A stretch of DNA of 64,000 bases, taken from positions 64,172,001 to 64,236,000 of the forward strand of contig NC_087436.1 in NCBI RefSeq assembly GCF_036321535.1, read 5' to 3'. Source of the DNA: Camelus dromedarius (lineage: Eukaryota). The position numbers and the translations under genes are program-made. The notes beneath the pieces were generated by a model. It did no database searches. It saw only the letters and a program-made list of their open reading frames with translations, and was not told the DNA's origin. This document shows, piece after piece, positions 49,196 to 62,125 of the stretch. Numbering within the stretch: position 1 is the stretch's first letter; each line of letters opens with the position of its first letter.

Positions 49196-52100
49196 ACTAA
49201 AGAATTACTGAGAAAAGGTAGTTTTTTTTCCTAAAGTAGTGTATCCAAAACAATTTTTGAAGAACATTAATACTAGATGGTTAGAGAAACTCCAAATCTA
49301 GAAATTGATCACAGGAAAGCAATAACAATTTAGAAGTTGTATCACCTAGCACATCATTGTTTCCTTAAGGTTGAGATTCTATTTTTATAAAGACAATAAA
49401 CTTAACTTCTAATGAGTAATGGTAACACATTGATTTGAAGTGTTAGTCTTATTTTACTCTATTCTGTCTCTGCTCCACTTCCTTTTACCAATCATTTCTT
49501 CTTTCTCTCCTTTTTCTCATTTTCTACCTTTTCATTAAAAAAAAACTTTATTTAAAATCTCTCTCTTTTTTTTTTCAATATAGAGTATATTTTAGCTTTT
49601 CAAATACAATCACTTGATAGAGCCAGGAATACATTTCAATAACGTGTCTTGGGGTTTCTCATTGTAGGGAATCTAGATGAGGACATTTTTTCCAAGTTCT
49701 GACACTAACGTATTACTCTGGCCTTTGAGCTATTCTCCCAGTAAAGTGCTGTAGAGCTTAGTAGTGGTCTTTGCCTTTTGAAGGCTCTCTCTTCCCTGCA
49801 TCTGTGGTTTAAATGTTCATCAATATTCCTCAGTTTCCATTGTTAAGAAGTATAGGTTAGCATAGAATGTGAATTTTAGAATATAAAAATACATTTTTCC
49901 TTTATCTTTTCTGTGTGCTCATTTTTAGAATAGGTAAAGATGTGTGAAATATTATAATGTGTTATTTGAAGCTATAGTTAATATATTTCCTCAAGCATAA
50001 TATTGACTTGTTATCTATCTCAATTTTGCTGAAAACATATGATGGGAAATAAAAAGCTTTTAGTAAAAGCTAGGATTTCCAGTGTTTTTAATATTTCTAT
50101 ACCTATGAGAAAAAAATAACTTTTAAACTTTTAAAAGCCATTGAACTTGCCTTTTTTCTTGAACAAAAACTTCCACAGATTCCTCAAACTAATGTTACTT
50201 AATTCAACTTGTGGTAAAGAAAAAAGGATGGTTAAAATTGAGTTAGAGTATATAGGAAAAATATTTAGAAGAACGTATTTGCCTCCATATTTGAATTCCA
50301 ACATAAATGACTTAGAAAAAGGGTAGAAAAGTATGGGCTGCAGATCAATACCCACGTGCTAATAACTGCTTGTTTCCAGAGTGCAGCAAAGCAAGGAAAG
50401 GTTGAGATTAAATTTTGGGAAACTTTTATAGCAATTTGATATCTGTTGCAACACCCAAACATATGATCAATGGGCTTGTTTTGCTGAGAGGGATGCATTT
50501 CATGAAAGAGTTAGTCTGTGACAGATTGCATTTAAATAACAAGTTCTTCACCACAGATAGTCTGTAAATCAGTGGGTAGAAAACACTCCTCTTGTCTGGT
50601 TTGATATCTTATGTATGGCTATTTTTGAGAAAATTTAGAAAAGTTTTCCTTAATGTTAAAAAAATGATAGTAGATGTTTTAAAATAGTTTAAGCCAAAAT
50701 ATTCTTTTCTTTTCACTTTGAAGGGAGATGTACATAAGTATAATGGAGGATCCAGTTTTGTGTTTAAATTGTGTCCACTCCATGAATGAGACATATGGGT
50801 TATGAACTTTGGTGAGGAAGAAAGTTTTGGGGGAAAAACCTTTGACTGCTGAAGTGATAGATCCAAGAGATCAGATTGATTGTAGGTTGGTGGTAGAGCA
50901 GTGAAGACTTCCAGTAAACATTTGCTGAATTTTGTTTTGCTTGTTATTTAATGATAGACACATTCTAGGTGAGTGTATCAGATAGCAGTCAAGCTTGGTA
51001 CAAACTGATTAAATATAGGATTTTAAATTTTTCCAAAGATGAGTCCTCCTGACACAGGGAAGTAAGGCTGGTATAGTTCCATAGGACTCAGTTTTCCTGT
51101 TGTCGTTATGTGTAACTTTCATTTTCCCACTTTTGAAATGGTTACTAACTAGCATGTCCATCAACATGTTCTGGCTGGAACAGGAGGACAAGAAACAAAA
51201 GGCCCATTTTATCTATGACTGCCATTCATTTTGGAGATTTTCTAGATGTTGTGCGTAATAACTTTCTCTTATATTTCATTCGACAAAATGATGCCATGTA
51301 TTTTTCCATGTTGAAAGAGTGGAAGTATAATTTCTTTTTAAGGTGACAACAGAGATTCTGCCAACAAAAATGAAATTCTGTTAGCATGGAAGAACGAAAG
51401 AATGGATATTGGGTAATCACCTAGTAGTCTTCTTATTGATACTTTTTTTTTTATCTCAGCAAGAGCTTTGTTTTTTGATAAAATGATACACATTAATAAA
51501 TTCTGCAAAAGAAAACCGCACCTTGAATGAAAAGAGACCTTTTGAATGGGGAAACAGAATTCTGTTCAGAACATTGTCAGTAAAGCTCAATTTTTGTTTT
51601 GTTCAGTCTATTCATCATTCATATGTGTTAATGAATGTGATATGGCTCAGCACTTAATTTTATTAACTGTGTAGAATATTCATACATCTATGAAGGGAGT
51701 TTAAGAGGATATACTTAATTGGATATACAGGTAGCACAGAGCAAAATTTAAAGACTGTTATATATAGAATTTAAAAAGTATGTTAATTTAGTTATTTTTT
51801 ATGTTTTATTGATTATAATTAGAAATCCTATGTCATACATTTCAATAGTTTACTTGATTTGGAGTGGTTTCCATGGATTTACAGTTTTCTAAATTCATAG
51901 ATGGCAATTATTGTATTAAGAATGTGTGTATAATACATGTAGGATACATGCGAGTAGATTATTAGTGTCATTCTGACTATATTATTGTGGTTATTTCAGA
52001 GAAGTAAAATATATTTACGTGTTTTAAATAATCTATTTTTATAACTTTAGGTAGACTGGTTGTATTTGACTACAAACTTAAAAACTTTAAGGCATTCCTT

Positions 52101-52289
52101 TCTAATTCATTTTTCTCTAACACGATATCTTTTACATTAGGAAGTATCACTATGTGAATGGGCATTAGATTTACTAATCAGTAATAAATATTTTGGTTTC
52201 TGTAAATACACACATGGGTTAGTATTTCTTCACATATATTTTATCATGCTAAATTCTAGAATAAGAATAAAATATTTGCACTGGATAAA

Positions 52290-52430
52290 AGTTTAGATAG
52301 TAGTTCAAAGTCTCATTTTTGTAGATGAAGAAACTAAAGCATAGAGTAATTAAAAATCTTGCCCAAGGTCAAAAAGCCACTTAGTGAGTGAGGTGAATTA
52401 CAACTTCATTCTCAAAATAGTTATTTTCCT
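52290..52430 (-). mobile_element. MIR SINE
   Basis: ctcatttttgtagatgaagaaactaaagcatagag...cttgcccaaggtca. Confidence 0.8.
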
Positions 52431-52494
52431 ATTACCTGTGTCAAGAGGAAGGTTGCACACCAGATGAGAAATCCTACTCTAGTTATTTTGGAGT

Positions 52495-52680
52495 ACTAGT
52501 GGAAGACCTATATTCAAGTTTTAGCTCTGTCTCTTAAAAACTGCACAGCCTAGGGCAAAAAAACTTGTCTCTTATCAGTTTTCTATAAAACTGGCAAATG
52601 CCATCTTACTAACAAATTCACACAATTGCTGTGAAGGTCAAGTAAGATGCATGTGAATAACACTAGAGATCTAATAATGG
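52495..52680 (+). mobile_element. MIR SINE
   Basis: gaagacctatattcaagttttagctctgtc...gcctagggcaa...ttgctgtgaaggtcaagtaagat. Confidence 0.65.
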
Positions 52681-54103
52681 TACCAAAAACAAAGATAATT
52701 TATGTCTCTATGGCACTTTTAGAAAGTGCTTTTTATTATTGTTCTAGTGCCTGATTCATTTGACCTGCTTATTTTTCTTAATTTCATGCAGAGAAATCAT
52801 TTACAATATTTGTACATGCTGTGATACTAAATACAAGAAGGAAAATTTATCTTGTGATTTCAGCATGATTAAGTTAATTATTTATAAATTTTACAAATCA
52901 ACTAAAATGAATTTCTGTAAATATCACAATCTGTATTATCAAATAACTAAATATTAGAAACTTCAGTAAAGTCAGCACATAATAGTTCCAGAGGTGTGAT
53001 TGATACCCATGAGTCAAAACACCTTGATGGCACTGATGTTAGTATTTATGTTCAAACATAGGTACTCCTTGCTGGAAAACAGAAATACACCTTGCAACTG
53101 GATGAAGCGTCTCTCATACGTGTGTAGCTAAATACCATTTCAGTGTTTATAATTAGATGTGAATTTTCTTCAGGCATCCTTAATTTGTTGCATCAGCCTT
53201 TCTTGGCCTTGAAAACATGTATTCATCCTTCAGGTCCCAAATTGATACTACCACCTTTGTGAATAACTTTTCCTAACTTATCTTTTAGTTTATGTAACTT
53301 CTAACTTGTACAAAGGATGTGATAGAAACTTTGTCCCAACAAAGGCATGCAGAAAGTTACTGCTTTTCATTTTCATGTCTTTCCATGTTTTGAAGGGAAC
53401 AGTTAACAGATTTCGATGTGTATATTTTGAGGATGGGAAGTCTTGAGATTCTTTCGTTTAAAGTAACCTTTAGAGCCTTAGAATTCAACTGGATGTATAA
53501 CCCTTTTACGCAGGTAATAACTTTAGTGTCTCTGAAAAGGTTACCGACTAGAATATCCTCTTTAAAATGTCTTTCTTAGAACAGTCTTAACCATTTGAGC
53601 TTTCTAGATAAGAAGTAAGTTTCTTTGATTTCTAGCTTATTTGATTTCTCATCACATATTTGAGCTAAGATTGTGACAAGTGTGTCATTATTATGCTTGT
53701 CAATATATACTAACAGTCACAAACATATCATGTTTATGTGAACACACAGATAAGACAAAATTGAAGTATTATGGAGCATTTTATTTTTTATTCAATTATA
53801 TTATGTACTAAGGTTTCCAAGATATTTTTTGTAAACATGATAACATCAAAATTGGTCCAAAATATTCTTCTATTAGTATATGCAGATAAGTATTTGAGCC
53901 TAATAAAAATGCTTCAGAATATCTAATTCATTGGTATTATAAATGTCAAGTTTGACATGGAGAGTATCACACTGTCTTATTAATTAATAAATTTTTGGTT
54001 ATATGATTTTATTTTTTAATGAATAGGTTTTAAGAACTTTTATATTTTTAATATATAAACTATACATGTAAGAATACATATGCTTAAGAATAGGTACATT
54101 ATG

Positions 54104-54151
<48 letters not shown>
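54104..54151. repeat. (TAGA)12 tetranucleotide microsatellite
   Basis: Twelve perfect TAGA units read directly. Confidence 0.97.
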
Positions 54152-54589
54152 AAGAAATTATAAATTGCTGCCTTGGTTTGGCCAAAAAGTATTATGCTAA
54201 ACAGAGACCTGAAAAAGTAACAATTTTGATAGTGAAATTTTGATAAACATAAAATTAGATGAAACAGTAAGTCCTAGCCTTAATAGTATGAAGAGGTATT
54301 GCTGAGAGGTCTAAGGGGACTGTATTAAGTGGGTTTTGACATTAATTTTATGTGGGAGGGGAATGACTGAGACTTTTTAAAATTGAGATGAATTAGATTC
54401 TGTTTTCAGATAAAACTGTATCAGTTGTCTAAGTTGGTTATATTTTGATTACTCCTGAAGTTTTACAGTTTTGTTTATCTGGTTTACATAGTATTTCTAT
54501 TGGAGCTAAACCTTGGAGGTGAGAGTGGACTACTCTAGTAAAACATCGTAAAGGCACTGATCCTACCACTAAGGAAACAGAGTTATTAA

Positions 54590-55640
54590 GGTTCTGCTAG
54601 GTAGAGAAGAAACAGGTGGGAACAGAACTCAGGGAACAGCATGGATACAAGAAGCTTTGAACTCTCATTATATCCTAGGGACTGTTGAATCCAGTGTGGA
54701 GAAGATTAGCAAGAGGTGAGCTGGAAAGCTATTTTTGAGGTTGAATTTCAGGAGTTACTGAACGGTATGGTAGGGACTTTGGATTTCATGCAACAGCAAT
54801 GTGAAGTCATCTAATACTTGATGAAAAGATAGGGAAGGACCTTTTCAAATAAGTCCCGTCTGGCAGCAGTGTGGAAGGTAAGTTAGGAGTCAGATAAGAG
54901 TTCACGGGGCTCTGAACTTGTGGAATGACAGTAATGGAATGAAGGGGATAGTGTTAAGAGGTATTTTGGACTTGGTTTAAAGGAATTCACAGTCCTATAT
55001 GAGGAGAAGAATGTCGAAGAGGGACGTCTCTACCATTATAGCAGGATTTGTAATGTGGCAATCTGGAAGGCCAATGATGATGTTTTAATAGATTGAAGTC
55101 ACGGGAAGTGAAAGCACTGGATTACCCATAGAGGGTAATGATTGTGGGATGTTTCAGAATTGCAGGAAATCTTGGTTGTTTTGTTTATTATGCAGTTGGA
55201 AATGTACTGTTTTGGAACTTAGAAGCAAGGCCAAAGTTAAATCGAAATATAAAGAATTGGACACAATGTTTATAGTAGCCATAGCCAAGGAAGGAATGCA
55301 GGGTAGAAACATGTTTAAAAATGGGACTTTGATGAACAGCTCCATTTAAAGATGAAATAGAGGATGAGGAATCATGAAGGAAGCTGAGAATGGTTAACAT
55401 TAGAGATTCAGATGGAAACCCAGAAGGGGAGGACAATGTTGTAGGAGTTATTATTAAAGAAAATTTCAAAGAAAACAATCAACAGTGTCAAAGGTTACAA
55501 AAGTTAGGTCTGAAAATACTCTGGGATCTGAAAATATAGTTTGTATTCAAATGTTGAGGAAGTATGTATACCATGTTGGGTGAGAGTCAGCTCAAGAGCA
55601 CAGGAAATAAAGAGAATCGAAACTTGAAAAATTTAAAGTA
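54590..55640 (-). mobile_element. Ancient L2 fragment
   Basis: Purine-rich antisense L2 passages (gagaagattagcaagaggtgagctggaaag, tctggcagcagtgtgga, atcaacagtgtcaaa). Confidence 0.6.
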
Positions 55641-57714
55641 AGATTTAGCAGAGGAAATTGTGTTGCCTAAAGAAGTATTTCCAGTAATGGCAAATTAAAG
55701 ACTCACATCAGTATCTAAAGAATCATCGCCCTTAACGTTCTTTCCATCGCAGTCTGTTGTTCTTCTAGAAAAGAGAGCACTGGGTTGAATGCAAGCTGAA
55801 AAGTTAAAGGGGAAGGAAAATCGAGCATATATTAAGTAAATAGATGGGGAGAGAAGACACTTTGGATTGGAATCATCACAAGTATATGGGTTCATGTATC
55901 AAGTATCTTTTAATACAGTCTCAGTTACTACACAAGGTAATTTTACACTCAGTTGAATTGATTTTTACCCTCTCTGCTCTTTGTTTAGAGTAAGGGGAAT
56001 GATTCGAGGTTTATCAACTTACTCTTTTTTACCTTTGAACGTAAGAAGTTGCTCTATAAAATCTCATGTACATATTTTAAAAAGGCCAATAAATGGTTGA
56101 AAAATGTTTCTGTTTTGTAGGCAGTATGATTTGAGAAATTAGGGCAATAGCTTGCCTACGTATTGGATATTCAGAGACTCTCAAGTTATTATGAATTATG
56201 ATTCAGAAATATGAATGGGAAATAGTCATTTTAATTAGGAAGATACACTTAGAAATGAAGTAATTTTTTTAAGGTAATTTCCTTGGTGAGTGTTTTACTG
56301 ATCACTTGAATTTATTTACTACACAGATGTCACTATAAAATAGGTATTTATGGGGTAGTTTTTAATTAGAAATAATGGCTTGTAGAGTTGAAGTGATGAA
56401 TCATCTTCTCTGTATCTTGGCTCTAGTGGCCCTAGTGAAAGAGGATCCCATGGACAGTTTTGGAGTATCCTAACTGAATGCTTTGTCTTCTAAAACACAG
56501 CAAAGTCTGTCTTACATTGATACTCAGAAACTCTGCATCAACAGTGCAGTACAGAGATAATCACTTTGGAAACGAACAGGGAATTTTACCTTTCATCATC
56601 ACTGAAGCACTTTATAAATTAATAGAAAAATAAGTTATAAGGCCACATATTTCTAAATGTAAATGGGATTGGAGGCAAATCAGCCAACCTTGTCAAATTT
56701 ATGAGCATGAGTGCAATAGTGAAGCTGATGAGATGGCTTCACAGGTAGGAAGGAAATGTCATTCAGAAGGACACATTGATTCGAGTTAGTTCTTTTCTGT
56801 TTGTTTGCATTTAATTATGTCCTAAAAGGATTGGTATAGAGAATAAAATATACGTGAACTAGCACTTCTGATTTATAAAAGTATATTAATGACATTTCAA
56901 TTTCAAGTGCAACCTCTGTAGGGAGAGTAAGACTGTACATGCAACCTGCATTAACAATATTGAAATCAAATGGAAATTTATTTCTCATTCTTCTTTTAGC
57001 CAAGATATTTTATTCCTACTGAAATGTACATTTTAACATTGCTAGTACTTAAAACCCACAATCCATAAAACTAAATAAGTAAAATTTGAAAAAAATATGT
57101 ATTGAAGTTCATTCTTTGCTCATCCCTTGTAAACGTGGTGTTTCTCAATGCCCCTTAGGTAATAAGGAGTGAAGAAGTTGAATCTACCACTAACTGACTA
57201 TGCAGAATTAAAATTTTTCTTGTGAATGCAGCACACATCTGAAATGTTGACATCAGAATATTTTGATGTTAGGGAGAGCAGAGGTTTAGTGGCAATGTCA
57301 GAACTGGAAAGTCAGGAAAGCCCCAGGGTGGTTATGAAAAGCAGTAGTTCAGACTGCGTCTTTGATGTGCACATAGTCATTGAATGCTACTAATATCCGT
57401 TCTCTTTCCATAAGTCTTGTTTTTTTTCTCAAAAATTTGAGCCACAGCCAGGGTAAGATAAACTGGCTCTCTCTTAATTTTTAATTACTTGTCATTGTAG
57501 TCATTATTATCATCACTTGTAACCAAAAGAAAGGAAAAAGGAAAAAGGTGGATTGGGGGCACCATCTCTGTATACTTTGTTTTTTGAAAGTATCTTTTGT
57601 ATCTAATTGAAACTCTCCATCTTTGTGAGGAATCTGAGGTAAATTGCACCAGCCATGAAATAGGATCTTTAAGGTGCTTAAACAATTCCTCTATAAAACA
57701 AACCCAGTAGATGT

Positions 57715-57733
57715 GATGACCATCTGGCGGCAA
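57715..57733 (-). promoter_or_regulatory. Candidate CTCF site
   Basis: Minus strand TTGCCGCCAGATGGTCATC fits the CTCF core CC(A/G)C(C/T)AG(A/G)(G/T)GGC with one mismatch, inside a local CpG-retaining patch. Confidence 0.5.
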
Positions 57734-57993
57734 CAGCTGTCTTCCGTCGCCCTTCCTCGGTGGCTGCTCTCATTCCACAGTAGGCACCCCTTTCTGTGTC
57801 AGGGGAAGTTGTTGTCTCTTTAGAGACTGAACATTCAACAGAAGATGGCCTACTGAGATAGAGGACAACTATTTTTTGTCAGAGTACTCAGTCTCAGATA
57901 ACTGGGGCTGTTTGTTACTACCTCTAACAAGTTCCATTGACATTTAACTGTTCTAATTTTTTTTTTTGCGTAGTACAGAGAGCAAACTAAATA

Positions 57994-58184
57994 CTGTTGA
58001 TGCTTGAACAACACCGGTTTGAACTGTTCAGGTCCACTTATATGTGGATATTTTTCAACAGTAAATACTGCATTACTACACGGTCCATGGTTAGTTGAAA
58101 CCACAGATGCAGGGGAATGGAGGGTACCTGGACTGAATATAAATTATAAGAGGATTAGCTCCTGCATTGTTTGAAGGTTAACTG
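57994..58184 (+). mobile_element. Tigger2-type MITE (TcMar-Tigger)
   Basis: TIR-like ends ctgttgatgcttgaacaacac and tgtttgaaggttaactg, each flanked by TA (57992-57993, 58185-58186); internal ggtccacttatatgtggatattttt. Confidence 0.85.
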
Positions 58185-58439
58185 TATCAACAAGATGAAC
58201 TGGAATATAGCAAAGTTCTGTTGTAAAATCACCTTTTAAGAAATGATTGGGAAAAAAATGAAAGCAAGAAAATCTGAAAAGACAGATTTTAATATTAAAT
58301 CTCCCTCAGGAAGGAAGCTATTTTAAGCCATATTATGAATGTCAATAATAGCTGATAATAGCTTATATAAATCTATATATTAAACTTGTCTAATAGAATA
58401 TTTTAAAAGTAACTTAAGCTCTTATTAAATTTATAGCAA

Positions 58440-58625
58440 TAATATGTCCTGTCTAAGTGACCATAGGTAATTTAATGTATTTGTCTCTGTTTTAGTTTTC
58501 TCATAGGTAAAATGGGCATAATAATAGGTACTTTATAGTTTTGTTATAGTGATTGAGCCAGTATATGTTGAGTATTCAGAGGGTTCCAGCACAGAGTAAG
58601 TTAAATATTTGCTATCATTTTTTAA
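58440..58625 (+). mobile_element. MIR SINE
   Basis: ctctgttttagttttctcataggtaaaatgggcataataat...cagcacagagtaag. Confidence 0.75.
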
Positions 58626-59629
58626 TCATTAATAATAACAAACTGGACTTACTGGGCTTTCCTTTAGCCTTCTGGAGAATCACTTGCTTTGTCTGACATG
58701 TGTAAACCAATTGATCTTTTCCCCTGAAGAATTAGTATAAGACCAAGTTCTTGAAACGGGCTTATTTCAAGATATGATTGAAATTGCACTGCTGCTTTTA
58801 TGATTCTGTAAATGTCATAAATTTTTGTTTGTAGTAATTGTACAGATAAAAAAGTTGACTCTTTTAAGTCAAATTATTATGTCATATTAACCTGGTTATG
58901 ACTGTTCTACCATGACATATTTCTTCTAAGCTCATCCATTTTGAGTCCATTTCACATCAATATAGTACCCATTATGCAATAAGATTATAAAGCAGGCTTT
59001 AACTTTTAATAGACTAGAGAAGCCTGATAAGTAACAAGTACATTGGACTCTCTCCTAACCCTAAATTAGTGTTGCCAGTGTCTCATTAATTAGAATACTT
59101 TTCTTATTCGTGCTCAGTTTTTCCTGTTTCTGGTGCTTCATTTAGGCATGGAGTTACTAATTTCCTAAAACATAGGATCAGGGTGTGCTACAAAACAAAT
59201 AGTCATTGAAGGGCTATTTTAACATTTAGAAATGGCATTTCTAGAGCAAAAATGAATAGAATGGAGAAATTAAATGATTATTTTTATGCATTCCAGTGAC
59301 CCATATTTTTTCACTATGCACTGTTTATATCTGGTATTTTCAGTGTTTCCTATGTATATTTGTATTATTACGTTCATTGTTCATTATATATAAATATTAC
59401 ATCTTATGTATTATTCCCCTTTGAATTGTCAGTTCACAGTAGATTGCTTGTCACTTAGTGGAAATTTAATAGACAGTTGTTAAATTTAATTTATGAATGT
59501 GTATATTGTGTATAAGATGTTTAGATACTGTCTTAGATGGTGAAATGTTTACAAGGCATGACTTTTGGTAATTCTAGCTTCAGCATTGTGAAGAGTTTTT
59601 TTTTTTTTTCCCCCAGTTAACCTATCAGG

Positions 59630-60415
59630 CCACCTCACTCCCCAGTAATGCTGTCACTTCTGTGTTGCTAAATATGGTGGATAATTTCCAGTTTCATCTT
59701 ACCTAAGTCTCCGTAGTATTCAGAGCACTTGATGACTCACTTTTTTCTGACACTTTTTTCTTTTAATGTGATGAACTAAATCACGTCTCTTGCACTTCCT
59801 TTTCAATTGGAGGCAGTACTGTTTATTTGCCTCCTTCCCCTCTTTCCTGAGTTCTTTTGGTTTTCTGTCCTCCTTGTCCTGCCACATTCCTATTCTGTAA
59901 ATACTGACTCCATATCACTGACTCATAAATTTATATCTATATGGACTTGGTTCCAGACTCATCTGTTCAGCTGCCTCTTGACATCTCAACTTGGGTGTGT
60001 CATAGGCTTCTCAAAGTTAACATTTTCAAAAAGATTTAAAAACAGATCTGTCTCTGACATCCATAACTGCTCTACCCACCAATCTTCCCCATATCAATAA
60101 ATAAGACTTCTGTCATGCCAGCAACTTTTGAATCATTTGTGATACTGTGTCTTTCTCACTCCAGAAGCTACTCCTTCATCAGGTCTTATTCATTGGACCC
60201 CAAAACATGTCTCAGATGGATCCAGATTTCATTATATTCCTAAATGCCATCTACTTAACCGAAGCCATTTAGTTTTCTGATTCAGTCTCCTTTACTAGAA
60301 TGTATGCTTCTTAAGGGCAGTAATTAGATATGTCTTGGTTGTTATTTTTCAAGGGATTAAACCAGCACCTGGCTCACACTTGGTACTGGAAGACATTTGA
60401 GGAATGAATGGATTG
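59630..60415 (+). mobile_element. L2 fragment
   Basis: ttccagactcatctgttcagctgcctcttgacatctcaacttgg..., tactagaatgtatgcttcttaagggcag, and a tail gaatgaatgg. Confidence 0.8.
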
Positions 60416-61959
60416 ATCTGGGTTATAGAGGAGCCTCTTCTATAACCACTGATAAATGATACCTTGAGAAAGAGGTCTGCCATAGTCATGGTGGGGAGAC
60501 TGCTAGCAAATCTTGTGTTAATTGACACTGATATTATTTGAGGTGAATTCCAACACCTTTTTGATGAAATCTTTCTACAACTTTGACACAGTGGTAAGTT
60601 TTGAGTGACTCATGATTTAGATAAAAGCAGTGTTGTATATGCCATGTGCACATACATCTTTAACTCAAAATATATATCTGACTATGAAAGTCCATACATT
60701 TAAAGAATAATAAAATGAAATGATATTTTGACTTTAGTCCTTTGTTTGTAAGATCAGAATAGGTAATGGACACACACTGAATAGTTCCCTTTAATGTTAA
60801 TGGAAATGAAAGCTTAATGATTATTCTGAATCGTACTGACTATTTTAAAACTGTTCTCAAATTTAAGATGTAATAATTTTGAATCAGAAAGAGCACTTTA
60901 TACTGCTGTTTTTGGTGACTATTTAGCTTCTTATTCGTTGAGTAATTTTGAAATTAACCCAAGTACTTCAGATATGCCTTTTTTTTTAAATTTTTGATTA
61001 AGGCTGATTTTAAAACATACTCACAGCTTGGTTTCAACTGCCAGTACTTGTGAAAATGAAGATTTGAGAAATTAAAGATGTATGTGTCATTACTCTCATT
61101 TTTTAATTCAAATGGACTTTGCAAATATTTTAAAATATTAATTAATTGTAATTTATATTTATAAAACAAAACTGATTTGTATGGTAACATGACCACTGAA
61201 ATTTAAAAATGACTTTATTCAAGTCCTGTGAGAAAGTTTTCAAACATTAAATTGCAGAACATAGAATTCATAATTCTGTATATTTTAAATGTTGTTGAAG
61301 TAAAAACAAAGTAACCCATATTTTTAAGTGCCAGAGCAATTTTGCTTTGCTATATATATATAAAAATTTTATCAGTAATATATATGATCATATGCAATTA
61401 TCATATTTTTGATGAATTTTTGTGTGATGTGACCATTTAAATTTGATATCCTTTATGGAGACAGGACGACATTTTTTTTTATGGAGCTGTAGCCCCTGAA
61501 ATTAATGATGAGTCAATGACTTTGCTATTTATTTGATTTTTTTATGATTTGACTTATTTTTATTGTTTCAAAAGGAAATAAAAGAAAAATGAAAATACTA
61601 ATAAAAATAAACTATTAGAATACCAGTAAAAGATAAATAGTAAAATACTAATAAAAATAAAAGGAAAAAATAATAGCAAGTGTACAGAGCAAAAAGTAGA
61701 GGGCCCTTTCTAATCCTCTTCTTAAATTTCAACTCCTACCAGACATTTGTGGATTCATCCTAAATATCTTAATTTTCCCATGTCAGTGCATTTATTGGTG
61801 AATGCATATGTACCCGTTTTCATTGTGAAAATAGAAAGATCGGTTTAGGTTTCTATGTAGAGACTCTAGTTATTTTGTTTATAATCTGTTGTCTATATAA
61901 TATTGTCTTATTCTAAAATATGTATTGATATGATTACTTTTCACTATCTCCTTTGATCA

Positions 61960-62125
61960 ATGCATAATCCAAATGATTTATCCCTCACCTAGACAAATGT
62001 CATCAGTCTCCTGTCTGGTCTTCTACTTTTTTATTCCCCGACAGTCCATTTTCCAGAAAATGGCCAGTGAAATCATCCCAAAAGATAAACCAAATCTCAT
62101 CACTTCTCTGTTGAAAACTTTCAGG
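61960..62125 (+). mobile_element. L2 fragment
   Basis: ctcacctagac...tggccagtgaaatcatccc...tctcatcacttctctgttgaaaactttca. Confidence 0.6.

Noticed and set aside
50180..50322. Coding exon within ORF 50141-50326
   Set aside because: The acceptor is interrupted by purines, the donor (GG|GTAGAA) is weak, and the peptide is unrecognisable.
1567..53582. Window-wide enrichment of STAT (TTCNNNGAA) and RUNX (TGTGGT) motifs
   Set aside because: A rough composition-based expectation is about 20 of each in 64 kb, so the number seen is not evidently elevated.
61592..61661. 20-bp direct repeat with a 50-bp period (CRISPR-like spacing)
   Set aside because: Only two copies, A-rich low complexity and a mammalian context; a simple local duplication.
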